The notes beneath the pieces are model-generated. The model did not search any database and was not told where the DNA came from. It saw nothing but the letters and a program-made list of their open reading frames with translations. From a virus (taxonomy: Duplodnaviria > Caudoviricetes): a stretch of 64,000 bases of DNA. Below are positions 18,010 through 27,152 of the stretch, piece by piece (position 1 is the first letter of the stretch; every line of letters starts with the position of its first letter). The stretch covers positions 470-64,469 of IMG/VR virus record IMGVR_UViG_3300020204_000065; one strand, given 5' to 3'. Both the position numbers and the translations under genes were made by a program.

Positions 18010-18270
18010 ATGTACTACCAATCCACGCCGCCCATTGGTAATGTGGCCGGGATGGCAAACGCTCAATTCTTTAAAGGTCCACAGTACGGCCAAGCATTTG
18101 ATGCGATTGCCATGGAACCTCCTTATACAGCACGTGAACGAGCAGAAGATCAAATTATTTTGCGTTCTTTGCAGAAAGGAGAAATGGGCTCTGGCCCTTT
18201 GATTGAAAAGGCTATTCAGGACTTAATTCAACGCACCAGTCTTGGAGGCACCGGCTTTCGTGGTGTTTGA
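18010..18270 (+). CDS. hypothetical protein
   Basis: 86-aa ORF. Confidence 0.6.
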   Translation: MYYQSTPPIGNVAGMANAQFFKGPQYGQAFDAIAMEPPYTARERAEDQIILRSLQKGEMGSGPLIEKAIQDLIQRTSLGGTGFRGV

Positions 18271-18325
18271 TTTACAAGAAGCAAGCGAAACCTGCTAAGA
18301 TCAAAAAAGAAAAGGAAAATAGTTA

Positions 18326-20575
18326 ATGGCTGTAGACGCTAAGGCCAGACTTAACGAAATTGTTGAGTCGTATCTAGAGAAAGACTCTGGTACGGTCGTA
18401 GATACGGGCGTTGTTGCGTCGCACCTAGCCCAGATGAAACTCTTTGGTATTCGCCAAGGAGTTGAATTTTTTCCAGGTCAAGACAACTTTGGCGCCCAGC
18501 GCAAAGACTTTATTGACCGTGTAATTAAATACAACCAAATTGACATTCGCCTTGATTCTATTTGGGATTACTTCCTGTGCGATGGTAAAGGCATTTTCTA
18601 TATACGGCCCACCAAGCAAAACTATCGTATTTATTATTTCCGCGAACACGAGTATCGCAGTTATTACAACGTAGATGGTGAGCTCGATGAGGTGGTGATC
18701 ATCTACAGCTACAAGGTGCGTAAAGCGGGTAGCTCGCATGATGGTATTAATGTCACCAACATAACCGGCACTTCAATTACGGGTGAGCCAGGAGCAAAGC
18801 GTTATATTCGTTTATCAATCAAAGCAAATGAAATTGAGGAAACTCATTCTGATGCTGAGATGACTTTTGACATGCCATCTGGTATGTCTCCCGGTAAAAC
18901 AAAAACATTTAAAAATTCGCTTGGGTTTATCCCCTGCGTTGAGATCTTTAATAATCCGAAGGGATTTGCAAAAGAAGGTGTTGGAGAATTTGACGCATTA
19001 GCCAATCACATCGTGACGCACGATGATTTGGTGCGTACCATGCGTAAAAACGTTCAGTTCTTTGGTAACCCAACTCTCCTTTCGTCTCGCCCCAAGACTG
19101 ACCTTATGGAGTCAGGCGGCGACTCGGTTGTTCAGCGTCCTTCGATTGCGGCAAACTCTGGCTTCGCTGGTGCCAGCCCACTGAGCCGTTCAACCTTTAA
19201 GTCCGATCCAATTTCCCGTGGTGTTGACGGTCAGATCCGCGTGCCACGTGTGATTGCAAACCTGGAGCCAAACGACCGTGTCGGTTACATTGTTCCAGAC
19301 GCCATCACTGGTGATCAAAATAATTTTGCACGTCAATACCGAGAGGAAATTCGTACTGCCTTAGGCGGCGTTGACGAACTTTCAATTTCTGCAGGCGTTA
19401 CCGCAACGGAGTACAAATCTCTGTTCGGCCGTGTGTCGGCAACATCGAAAAAGAAAGCAAATGCAGTTTACACCTATGGCATTTGTCGTTGCCTCGAACT
19501 GATTATATATCAAGAAGAGCAACTGTTTCGGATGTCACTTGCTGCCGCACTTGGTATTGAGCGTCCAATTGAACCTGCAGCTGATGCTTCTAAAGAAGAA
19601 AAAGATGCCTATACGGAGGCTGCAACTCAATTTGAAGCACAAGTCCAGGATGCAATTAATGCTGCTATTCAGGCACAAACTGTTCCCCCTGGTGTAACTG
19701 GACTCATCCCAGATGGTGATGTCACTATGCTGTGGAGGTGGACGGGGCCTGTTTATGAGGACTCCACGCAAGACGTACTTAACAACTCCATTGTGGTGCG
19801 CAACTTACAAGAATTAGGTGTTGATAGCATTGAAGCACTGAAATACCTCTTCCCGTCTAAAACGGATGAGGAACGGGCCGAGATGTTATCTGGGTTCCCG
19901 TTCAGGATGGTGAGTGAACTACAGGGCGCTTTTGCTCAATTCTCTCGCCTGGTGGGTGGCCTGATGCAGACCCCTCACCCGCAGTCACCGAACCTTCCGA
20001 TGGCTGCCGATCCCAGGTTGGATTTAACTCCATATCTGTATCGAACATTAGAGGCTTTACAAAAGGAGATGAGTTATGCAGGACGCTACCGTCCAATCGA
20101 TCCCACAGACGAGCCCGACTCCGGCAGTAGCGCCGAGCAGTTACGTGACTCCGTCTTACCAGCCGAGCCAAGCCCCGGTCTCGTACCAAGCAGCCCCGGT
20201 GAGCTACCAGGCGGCAGCACCTCAGGCGGCCCCGGTTTACCAACCCTCAGCCCCTACTCAGTACGCCCCCCAATACCAACCGGCGGAAGTACAGAGCAAC
20301 CCCTGGGAATCGGCGTTCAACAAAGTAGTGAATCTACTGAGCGCACCAGTTCAATCCCCGTTCCAGGGTCAACCGTCAGCTCCGACGACGACCTACGCCC
20401 CGGCCAATTACGGTTCGACCAGCAGCCCAGCTACGCAACCATCGGTTCCGCAGACCTGGTCAACCAACCAGGTTTACTCGCCCAGCTCTTCCCCAACCTA
20501 CTCGGAGGGTCTGAGCCAGGAAAGCCAGCAAGTAATCGCAGCGTTCGGAAGCGAAGCTCCCGCAATTCTAAATAA
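18326..20575 (+). CDS. portal protein with long overlapping C-terminal tail
   Basis: 749 aa between TerL and MCP; NSLGFIPCVEIFNNP resembles the portal LGxxPxV motif. Confidence 0.8.
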   Translation: MAVDAKARLNEIVESYLEKDSGTVVDTGVVASHLAQMKLFGIRQGVEFFPGQDNFGAQRKDFIDRVIKYNQIDIRLDSIWDYFLCDGKGIFYIRPTKQNYRIYYFREHEYRSYYNVDGELDEVVIIYSYKVRKAGSSHDGINVTNITGTSITGEPGAKRYIRLSIKANEIEETHSDAEMTFDMPSGMSPGKTKTFKNSLGFIPCVEIFNNPKGFAKEGVGEFDALANHIVTHDDLVRTMRKNVQFFGNPTLLSSRPKTDLMESGGDSVVQRPSIAANSGFAGASPLSRSTFKSDPISRGVDGQIRVPRVIANLEPNDRVGYIVPDAITGDQNNFARQYREEIRTALGGVDELSISAGVTATEYKSLFGRVSATSKKKANAVYTYGICRCLELIIYQEEQLFRMSLAAALGIERPIEPAADASKEEKDAYTEAATQFEAQVQDAINAAIQAQTVPPGVTGLIPDGDVTMLWRWTGPVYEDSTQDVLNNSIVVRNLQELGVDSIEALKYLFPSKTDEERAEMLSGFPFRMVSELQGAFAQFSRLVGGLMQTPHPQSPNLPMAADPRLDLTPYLYRTLEALQKEMSYAGRYRPIDPTDEPDSGSSAEQLRDSVLPAEPSPGLVPSSPGELPGGSTSGGPGLPTLSPYSVRPPIPTGGSTEQPLGIGVQQSSESTERTSSIPVPGSTVSSDDDLRPGQLRFDQQPSYATIGSADLVNQPGLLAQLFPNLLGGSEPGKPASNRSVRKRSSRNSK

Positions 20576-21002
20576 TTATGCCCTTCAGCTTGAAGGTCTG
20601 CTGGATAGTGCTGTCGCTTGGGGTCAGGAAATGACCGAAACTCTCAAGCAATATGCCGAATTTGCTACCAATGAGCACACCGAGAATCTTGCTTATAACG
20701 AGATTCTGACTAACCCTGATGTGCTGAGCGATTACACCCTTCGGTTCTTCGGTCCCGAAGGTCCGTACCCTGTGCATGAAGGTGAGGAAGACCTGGAAGC
20801 TTACGGCTATCCAACTGAGCAAGTTGATCCATATGCTTATGGTGAATTCCCTGCTCCTCCCGCCGCATCTGCTCCCCAGCAGCCCGCCAACTTCTGGGGC
20901 ACCTTCAACGAGATCATGGCGCGTGATCCCCAGAATGCATGGCGCGTTCTGAACCAGGCTCAGCCCAACATGGTGTCAAACAAACTCTTCGTAATGGAGT
21001 GA
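20076..21002 (+). CDS. capsid scaffolding protein candidate
   Basis: AAGGAG SD upstream; P/Q/Y low-complexity N-half, acidic helical C-half; precedes MCP. Confidence 0.7.
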   Translation: MQDATVQSIPQTSPTPAVAPSSYVTPSYQPSQAPVSYQAAPVSYQAAAPQAAPVYQPSAPTQYAPQYQPAEVQSNPWESAFNKVVNLLSAPVQSPFQGQPSAPTTTYAPANYGSTSSPATQPSVPQTWSTNQVYSPSSSPTYSEGLSQESQQVIAAFGSEAPAILNNYALQLEGLLDSAVAWGQEMTETLKQYAEFATNEHTENLAYNEILTNPDVLSDYTLRFFGPEGPYPVHEGEEDLEAYGYPTEQVDPYAYGEFPAPPAASAPQQPANFWGTFNEIMARDPQNAWRVLNQAQPNMVSNKLFVME

Positions 21003-21007
21003 GGCAC

Positions 21008-21523
21008 ATGCGACCGCTAGGACAAACCCGTCCTCTGCTCGCCTACGGAGTCCCCGTCGCTGCCGGTCTGGTGGCTGGCGGGGCTCTTGCCGCACAGGGC
21101 GAAGATCCAGGTAGTGCTGTTCTTGGTGGCGTTGCCGCCGGTCTTGGCGCTCGCGGCGCCCTTGGCGCTGCTCGTCTGGCAGGTAAATATGCTGGTAAAG
21201 CACGTGCTGGCCTGGCATCCAGGGCTATCGAGAACCTTGGCAAAGCCGAAGGAATTCTTCCCGCTCAGTTTATTAATGCTGAGATGGGTAGACAGGCTGA
21301 TCTTATTAACCGTTTTGTTAGCGACAAATCGGCCAAAGGAGCAGCTGCAGCAGTAGGTGTTCCTCTTGCCGCCGGTCTTGCCGGCATGGGTGGTCTAGCT
21401 GCAGGCAGTCTTGCAGGAGCGATTGGAATTCCTGGCTTCCAGCAAGGCATTGATCCCGAAGGCTACAGCTCCAACAACACGGAGATGGCACGGATGGGCG
21501 TGCCAACTATGCAGTACATGTAA
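21008..21523 (+). CDS. Ala/Gly-rich hydrophobic virion protein
   Basis: start moved to MRPLGQ after GAGG. Confidence 0.65.
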   Translation: MRPLGQTRPLLAYGVPVAAGLVAGGALAAQGEDPGSAVLGGVAAGLGARGALGAARLAGKYAGKARAGLASRAIENLGKAEGILPAQFINAEMGRQADLINRFVSDKSAKGAAAAVGVPLAAGLAGMGGLAAGSLAGAIGIPGFQQGIDPEGYSSNNTEMARMGVPTMQYM

Positions 21524-21620
21524 CTTTTGAGTTACCACCTGCTAAAATTTTTGTTAGATAAGACACATGTGTCTTTATCTTTCACCCGATAAAAACACTG
21601 ACACTGGAGGATAAACCAAA

Positions 21621-23609
21621 GTGTTCATTGATAGCTAGTTCAGATCCTGGTAGGTATGACCCTTCAAGATTTGGTAAATAGCTCCGTGGTTGCAATCAAA
21701 CTTTTCAGCAATCTTTCGATAAGAAAGTCCAGCCTCTTTTAAAGATTTGATCTGAGCCACGTCATCCGAAGAAAACTTTCTCAAAGACTTCTTCGGTTTT
21801 CCTTTACTGGCAAAACCATTGTTTTTATAACAACCGTTTTTCCAGGCTCTTGTTAAATTCTTTTGTTTGGTAACGATCTCAAGATTGTCAAGTTGATTAT
21901 TTCTCTTGTCATTATCTTTGTGATCAACTTGCAAGGAAAAGTTACTGGTTCCATGGGAACGCAGGTCTAATCCTAAAAAAGCAACAGCCATCAAGACGTG
22001 AAGATGAAAACGTTTTCTCTTCCCATCAACAAGAACTGAAACACGGTCATAAACACTGGTCGAACGAACAGGAATCTCTCGAAAATATTCTTGATTATCG
22101 GGATCAAGTTGTTTTTCAAAAGGTTTTCCTTCTTCTGTTAAGTAAAGATTACCAAATCCAGGTACAAGTTTTGGACTCATGTTGTTCATAAACAAGTTTC
22201 CAAATGATAATATACCTCAACTGAACGCTCAACGTTGTCACCTCACCGAGCAATCGATGAGTGCAAACCGGATGAATTCAGGGAAGCCCTAACGTAAAGA
22301 CGAGGGTAATCCTGAGCCAAGCCAATCAAGTCGTGATTGGAAGGTGCAGAGACTACTGGGGGTAACACGATCTTGTTACGTAATACCAGATTTAGCGTCC
22401 GGCATCCCTCAGGGATGAAGAGATAGTCCACCCCTCTAAGAAACTAGAGACCAGGAGAACGACTTTCCAAAGATTTTAGGTGCGGAACTTTATCGTCCCC
22501 ACCCTGCATATATTGCCGAGATGGCAGTCGAGCCTGTGGTCGTTCATGACTTCACTCGTCAGCCTGGTCAGACCGTTCAGTTAGACCGCTATAAGTTCTG
22601 GGGTACCCCTGGTACTAAGGACAGCCGTGAGCGTATTGCCGATCAGACCATCGGTACCGCCAACAGCCGTAACATCACCAAGGAGAAAGTCCTGGTGGTG
22701 CTTAAGGAATACACTGGTCCTGCAGATCCGGGTGATCCGACCCAGCCTTCGACCTTCAAGATTGCTCGTGAAACCCTGATTACCGCCCAGCGCCTGCTGC
22801 TGGACACCGGTAATCTCAACATGTTCCACCAGTCAATTGGTAGCCTCACCCTGTTGGATGACTACCGCCGCTGGCGCGACCGTGTCTTTATTGACGAACT
22901 TGCCAAAGCAGAAGCTAACGGTGAAGCTTCCAGCACCCAGGGTGGTTACTACTTCCCAGGTAGCAAGAACAAAGCTGCCAATGGTTCGATCTCTTACACC
23001 GCTGCTGAGTTCACCGCTGAAGTGCAGCAGTTCCAGGTGCGCACTGACCTTCTGACCATTGTTAAGGACCTGCGTAAGCGCAACGTTCCTACCTTCGCTG
23101 ATGGTCTGTATCGTTGCATCTGCGATCCCACCTTCATGATGCACCTGCGTCGTGATACTGACTTCCGTGAGATCGCTCGTTACGCTGGTAACCCTGGCCA
23201 AGGCATGTACATGGGCAACCCCATGATGCCTAACAACGCCAGCTTCTACATGGGTCCCCAGGCTGGTCAAGGTTACTTCCTGGCTGGCGAACCTGTGATG
23301 CCTACCGGCGTTCAGTTCGAAGGTGTGAAGTTCTTCGAGTCGACCAACTTCCCCACTAAGAACGTTCAAGCTTCGTTCGATGCTGGCTCCAGCTACAGCT
23401 CCCAGGAAGTGGCCCAAGGTTACTTCTTCGGTCCTCAGTCTGTCGGTGTGGGTATTGGCGGTCCGAACGCACAAGTTCTGATCAACAATAACGACGATTT
23501 CAGTCGTTTTATCATCCTGATTTGGCAACTTTACGCTGGTTTCGAGATCCTCAACAAGGACTTTGTTACCACCGCGTTCAGCTTCGTGTCTGATGACGGC
23601 AACGTCTGA
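21621..23609 (+). CDS. major capsid protein, spliced: exon 1 21621-21632 + exon 2 22458-23609 (387 aa)
   Basis: GGAGG SD then GTG TTC ATT GAT; joining gives MFID|NDFPKILGAELYRPHPAYIAE-MAVEP in frame; strong C-ending codon bias; GVKFFEST. Confidence 0.88.
21633..22457 (+). mobile_element. group I self-splicing intron (825 nt)
   Basis: exon ends in U, intron ends in G; P AATTCAGGGAA 22275, Q AATCCTGAGC 22308, R GTGCAGAGACTA 22344, S GAAGAGATAGTCC 22417; P3 CCGGATG/CGTCCGG; IGS GTTGTCA 22234-22240. Confidence 0.93.
21635..22195 (-). CDS. intron-encoded HNH homing endonuclease (antisense)
   Basis: HVLMAVAFL...VDHKDNDKRNNQLDNLEIVTKQKN plus C-terminal HTH. Confidence 0.9.
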   Translation of the reverse strand: MFMNNMSPKLVPGFGNLYLTEEGKPFEKQLDPDNQEYFREIPVRSTSVYDRVSVLVDGKRKRFHLHVLMAVAFLGLDLRSHGTSNFSLQVDHKDNDKRNNQLDNLEIVTKQKNLTRAWKNGCYKNNGFASKGKPKKSLRKFSSDDVAQIKSLKEAGLSYRKIAEKFDCNHGAIYQILKGHTYQDLN

Positions 23610-23645
23610 TAATTAACAAATAAACCACAACATAGGAAAAAATAA

Positions 23646-24452
23646 ATGACCTATTTGTCTTCTAAGAAGATCTATCCAGGTAACTGGACCAACGCCCTGA
23701 ACGGCTGGTATAAGAACATTGATACCAACGACAACGGTACCAATGATGCTTCCAAGGGTGGCCCCACCTCTGTGCTGGCCGTCCCTGGTTACCGCTACTT
23801 CCAGCAGCGTGGTTACGTTGCTGTGGCCTGGGCCTCTGGCGATGCCGCCACCAAGGGTCAGACCATGGATGTGATCGTTCCTTCGCCTTACCGCCAGGAC
23901 GACACCCGCCCTGACATCACCGGCATGGTGATCTCTGGCAGCTCCACCCAGCCTGCTTTCGTGTATCGCGCTGCGGTTTCAGTTGCTTCTGGTTGGGGTG
24001 ATGGCCGTGTTGCCACTGGTATCTACGCTGCTACCGGCAACGTGGTGACCTTTGGTCGTAATGACAGCGGCCCTGTGGCTGTGACCGGTGTGGGTGAGCC
24101 TATCGCTCAAGCTAACCTTACCTCCACCGTGTCCGGTGACGCTTCGGCCAAGATTCTGTTTGCCGCTGGTTCTCAGGCCCTCAGCTCCACGCCTTTCCTG
24201 ACCGCTACTGGTGCCACTGGTGTTGGTCCTTCGGGCGTGTACAAGTCCTTGACTGCTGCTACCACCTTCAAGGTGTTTGCTCGCGGTACCAACACTGATA
24301 CCGGCGTGTCTGGTGGCGTGTATCTGGCCGACGCTGATTACAACGCTGGTCTGAAGGGTTACCTGGTGGTTGAGGTGTGCTACATCCAGCCTGATGACGC
24401 CCCTGGCTACGAAGATATCGAAGAGTATATCCTCGGCCGCACTGTTAGCTGA
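23646..24452 (+). CDS. abundant structural protein (second capsid or decoration candidate)
   Basis: 268 aa directly after MCP with the same strong codon bias. Confidence 0.7.
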   Translation: MTYLSSKKIYPGNWTNALNGWYKNIDTNDNGTNDASKGGPTSVLAVPGYRYFQQRGYVAVAWASGDAATKGQTMDVIVPSPYRQDDTRPDITGMVISGSSTQPAFVYRAAVSVASGWGDGRVATGIYAATGNVVTFGRNDSGPVAVTGVGEPIAQANLTSTVSGDASAKILFAAGSQALSSTPFLTATGATGVGPSGVYKSLTAATTFKVFARGTNTDTGVSGGVYLADADYNAGLKGYLVVEVCYIQPDDAPGYEDIEEYILGRTVS

Positions 24453-24493
24453 TTAGGTTAAACTAGGACCAGAAATTAAAACATCTGGTCCTT

Positions 24494-24904
24494 ATGCTTT
24501 ACCAGCATCGTAAAACCGGCGCTCGCGTCAAAGTTGTAAGCGAATGGGATAACGGCGATTGGTTCATGGTCGAAGATCAGGACGGTCGCCTTTATACCGC
24601 TTACAAAAATGAATTGATCCCTGATGAAGTTGCAACCAAGAAAGTTGCCACTCTTCAGGTTAAAGATAAGGCAGCCCAAGAAGAGCCTCGTACTTTCCCA
24701 CCCGAAACGCGTTTAAACATCAATACCGCTACCCCACAAATGATCGCTGATCATATTAAAGGTATCGGCGTCAAGACAGCTCGAGAGATTAAAGATCTTC
24801 AGATGTCCTTATCGGGTGAGAAGTTTAATAGCCTTGAGCAATTGAAACAGATTAAGCGTGTGGACTGGGATGCAGTTCTGGCAGCCGACCTGATCAGGGT
24901 TTGA
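24494..24904 (+). CDS. helix-hairpin-helix (ComEA-like) DNA-binding protein
   Basis: LNINTAT...IKGIGVKTAREI...FNSLEQLKQI. Confidence 0.8.
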   Translation: MLYQHRKTGARVKVVSEWDNGDWFMVEDQDGRLYTAYKNELIPDEVATKKVATLQVKDKAAQEEPRTFPPETRLNINTATPQMIADHIKGIGVKTAREIKDLQMSLSGEKFNSLEQLKQIKRVDWDAVLAADLIRV

Positions 24905-24920
24905 TCCATTTACCACAGAT

Positions 24921-24947
24921 AAGCCCCTGGGAAACCAGGGGTTTTTT
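24921..24947 (+). terminator. rho-independent terminator
   Basis: GCCCCTGG-GAAA-CCAGGGGT-TTTTT. Confidence 0.9.
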
Positions 24948-24973
24948 CGTTTTAAAATAAAAAGAAAAAGATA

Positions 24974-25642
24974 ATGGCTGGTATTCAGTATTTCGGGCAA
25001 GTTGGATCGACTGGTGTATCAACCGGTCCGCATAAACATGTTTATGTGAAAGAGTTAGCCACTGGGAAGTACCTGGATCCAGCAACCATTCGTACGCCTT
25101 TACTTGGTTTACGCATCGGGGAAAAGAAAATACCGGCACTGATTAAGACACCAGAAGGCAAGATTGAATTCAATCCAGCTGCTGGAATTACTCTCACATC
25201 TCGTTACGGTCCACGTAGTGCGCCAACTGCTGGTGCCAGTACCTTCCACCAAGGAGAGGATTGGGCGCTACCAGAAGGCACTCCTATTTACTACGAAGGC
25301 GGTGGTAAGTTTGTTCCGAAAGCAAACCAAGGTGGTTACGGTAATCTTGCCACTCTGATTACAAGCGATAACAAATACGAAGTTGGCTTGGGCCACATGA
25401 AAACGCTTGGTGGCGCATCTGAGTTACCGCCAACAACCCTGCCAGTTGATACTTCTGCTTCTGCAGAAACGAATGATTTGTCAACTTTATTATCTTTATT
25501 GCAGCTAACCAAGCCAAAGCAAAAAACATTACAAGAATCACTTCTTGAGCAGACCTTGGGGGAAGCTTTAACTCCAAAACCAAGCATGACGCAGCAATTC
25601 CTCATGGAGTATATGAATTCTCCACTGCCAGGACTTGCTTAA
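24974..25642 (+). CDS. M23-family peptidase, circularly permuted
   Basis: GSTGVSTGPHKH at N-terminus; HQGED, GGYGN and GHM downstream. Confidence 0.8.
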   Translation: MAGIQYFGQVGSTGVSTGPHKHVYVKELATGKYLDPATIRTPLLGLRIGEKKIPALIKTPEGKIEFNPAAGITLTSRYGPRSAPTAGASTFHQGEDWALPEGTPIYYEGGGKFVPKANQGGYGNLATLITSDNKYEVGLGHMKTLGGASELPPTTLPVDTSASAETNDLSTLLSLLQLTKPKQKTLQESLLEQTLGEALTPKPSMTQQFLMEYMNSPLPGLA

Positions 25643-25681
25643 ATTGATTACTTTATAATTAAACTATAACGAAAGGTAGAC

Positions 25682-26143
25682 GTGCAGTTATCTGACTTTG
25701 ACAAAAGTAGAGTTAGGTATCACCTGGGCTACTTTACCGTGTCTGTTCCAGCGGGTGACTATGCTCGCCTGGAAGAAGCGATGAATACCATCCCGGATTC
25801 ATACTTCTATGACAAGGTTGTTATTCAACTTGGTCGTTGCGATACGGCTGAGAAGAAAACAGAAGTTGCATCGACGCCTTCTACGCGAATCGAAAGCATC
25901 CTCGGTGACGTGGATCGTACGATTCGCTCCAGCAATGCCAAAGAGGCATTAAAGGTTTGGGATGAGATTTATCTCTACGAAACCAATCGTCTCGCCGGCA
26001 TTCTTTACGTTCCTAACTATAAAGATCCATTCCAGGCTCGATATCGTTATGAACGCTCAGGTGCGGAATTTATTCAAGCTCTACCTGGTCCTGCTGACAC
26101 TGCAGTGGGCTCTCGTCTTTATCTTCATGAGGTTTGGCGCTAA
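25682..26143 (+). CDS. head-tail adaptor candidate
   Basis: 153 aa, VRYHLG; position after capsid genes. Confidence 0.5.
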   Translation: MQLSDFDKSRVRYHLGYFTVSVPAGDYARLEEAMNTIPDSYFYDKVVIQLGRCDTAEKKTEVASTPSTRIESILGDVDRTIRSSNAKEALKVWDEIYLYETNRLAGILYVPNYKDPFQARYRYERSGAEFIQALPGPADTAVGSRLYLHEVWR

Positions 26144-26940
26144 TCATGGCCATTGATATCTTTAAAGCGATTCAAGCTGCAGGAGTTCCGTCTTCTGTGT
26201 TTCAACGGCAGAAAGCTAAGCCTAAATCTTTTATTGAGATGGCTGCTTCTGCTCCAATGGCAGCTTCTCCGTTATTTAAGTTTCCTGGGCAGACCGCAGA
26301 TTATGCTGTACCAGCAACGGTGCCAGCTACTCAGGTGAATCCTGGAGCTACAGCCGCAGCAGAACGTGCATATCAAACGGAGAAAGCACGTGTTGCTCAG
26401 ATGGCAGCACAAAACCCTGAGCTCCAGCGTTACGAAGCAGCACGCTTGAAAGCAGTAGCCCCCGGCGCAACGCCAGAACAAGTGCAATCTGCGGAAGATC
26501 TTGGGATGCAGATCTGGGCTCAAAAATATGGCAAGACCCTAGCTCCAAAGGTTAAGCCTGGTCAAGCTGGTTACGATGTTATCCAAAAAACTTTGTATCC
26601 AGGTGGCGCACCGTTGCCCGAATTGCCCGCAGAGTCAGTTGCAATGCTGAATGCCATCGCACCAGCTGATGCAACGGGTATTCGTCCTGATATCACACCG
26701 ATGCCCGGTGCACTGCCAGTATTCTCGGATGTTTCCGATGCCATGTACCAGGCTGTAATAGGAGGTCAAAGCACCTTGGTACCACCCGCACCGCAATTAG
26801 CTTCTCCTTCTGCAGTTTCTCCTCAGGAAACGGGAGGCATTTCCTTCCAGGATGCTTCTTTTGAGACTCCTGCAACCAAGCGTCGCTCTGATTTATTTGC
26901 ACAGTTACTTTCTGGTATTCGTCAGTACGGTGGCATGTAA
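26134..26940 (+). CDS. hypothetical Ala/Pro-rich virion protein
   Basis: 268-aa ORF. Confidence 0.65.
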   Translation: MALIMAIDIFKAIQAAGVPSSVFQRQKAKPKSFIEMAASAPMAASPLFKFPGQTADYAVPATVPATQVNPGATAAAERAYQTEKARVAQMAAQNPELQRYEAARLKAVAPGATPEQVQSAEDLGMQIWAQKYGKTLAPKVKPGQAGYDVIQKTLYPGGAPLPELPAESVAMLNAIAPADATGIRPDITPMPGALPVFSDVSDAMYQAVIGGQSTLVPPAPQLASPSAVSPQETGGISFQDASFETPATKRRSDLFAQLLSGIRQYGGM

Positions 26941-27025
26941 TTAACTGGCATTGCTTTGCATGTAAGCCCAGCCTGCTGGACACGAATCTTTGATTCACGG
27001 GGGCCAGCGTTGTTGCTTTAAAACC

Positions 27026-27142
27026 ATGATTCTCTGTCCCAAATTTGTTAAACGATCCCTGACTCATCTGGCAGTCGCACTTACTCTTCAAACAGTGTTT
27101 ATTCCCGGTCTCAGGGCAAGTTCAAATTGGGTAGGAGAATAA
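27026..27142 (+). CDS. 38-aa signal-peptide-like ORF (not in track)
   Basis: [38 protein letters not shown]. Confidence 0.5.
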   Translation: MILCPKFVKRSLTHLAVALTLQTVFIPGLRASSNWVGE

Positions 27143-27152
27143 GCAGAAAACC

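Noticed and set aside
22243-22431. 62-aa minus-strand ORF
   Set aside because: It lies on the ribozyme core
22833-23528. 231-aa antisense ORF inside MCP, and similar shadows at 43324-43902 and 61486-62034
   Set aside because: Best explained by codon bias of the sense genes; no motifs
22521-23609. MCP starting at ATG 22521 as in the ORF track
   Set aside because: The frame extends upstream to the intron 3' end and joins a 4-codon exon with a strong SD; the spliced model explains all signals
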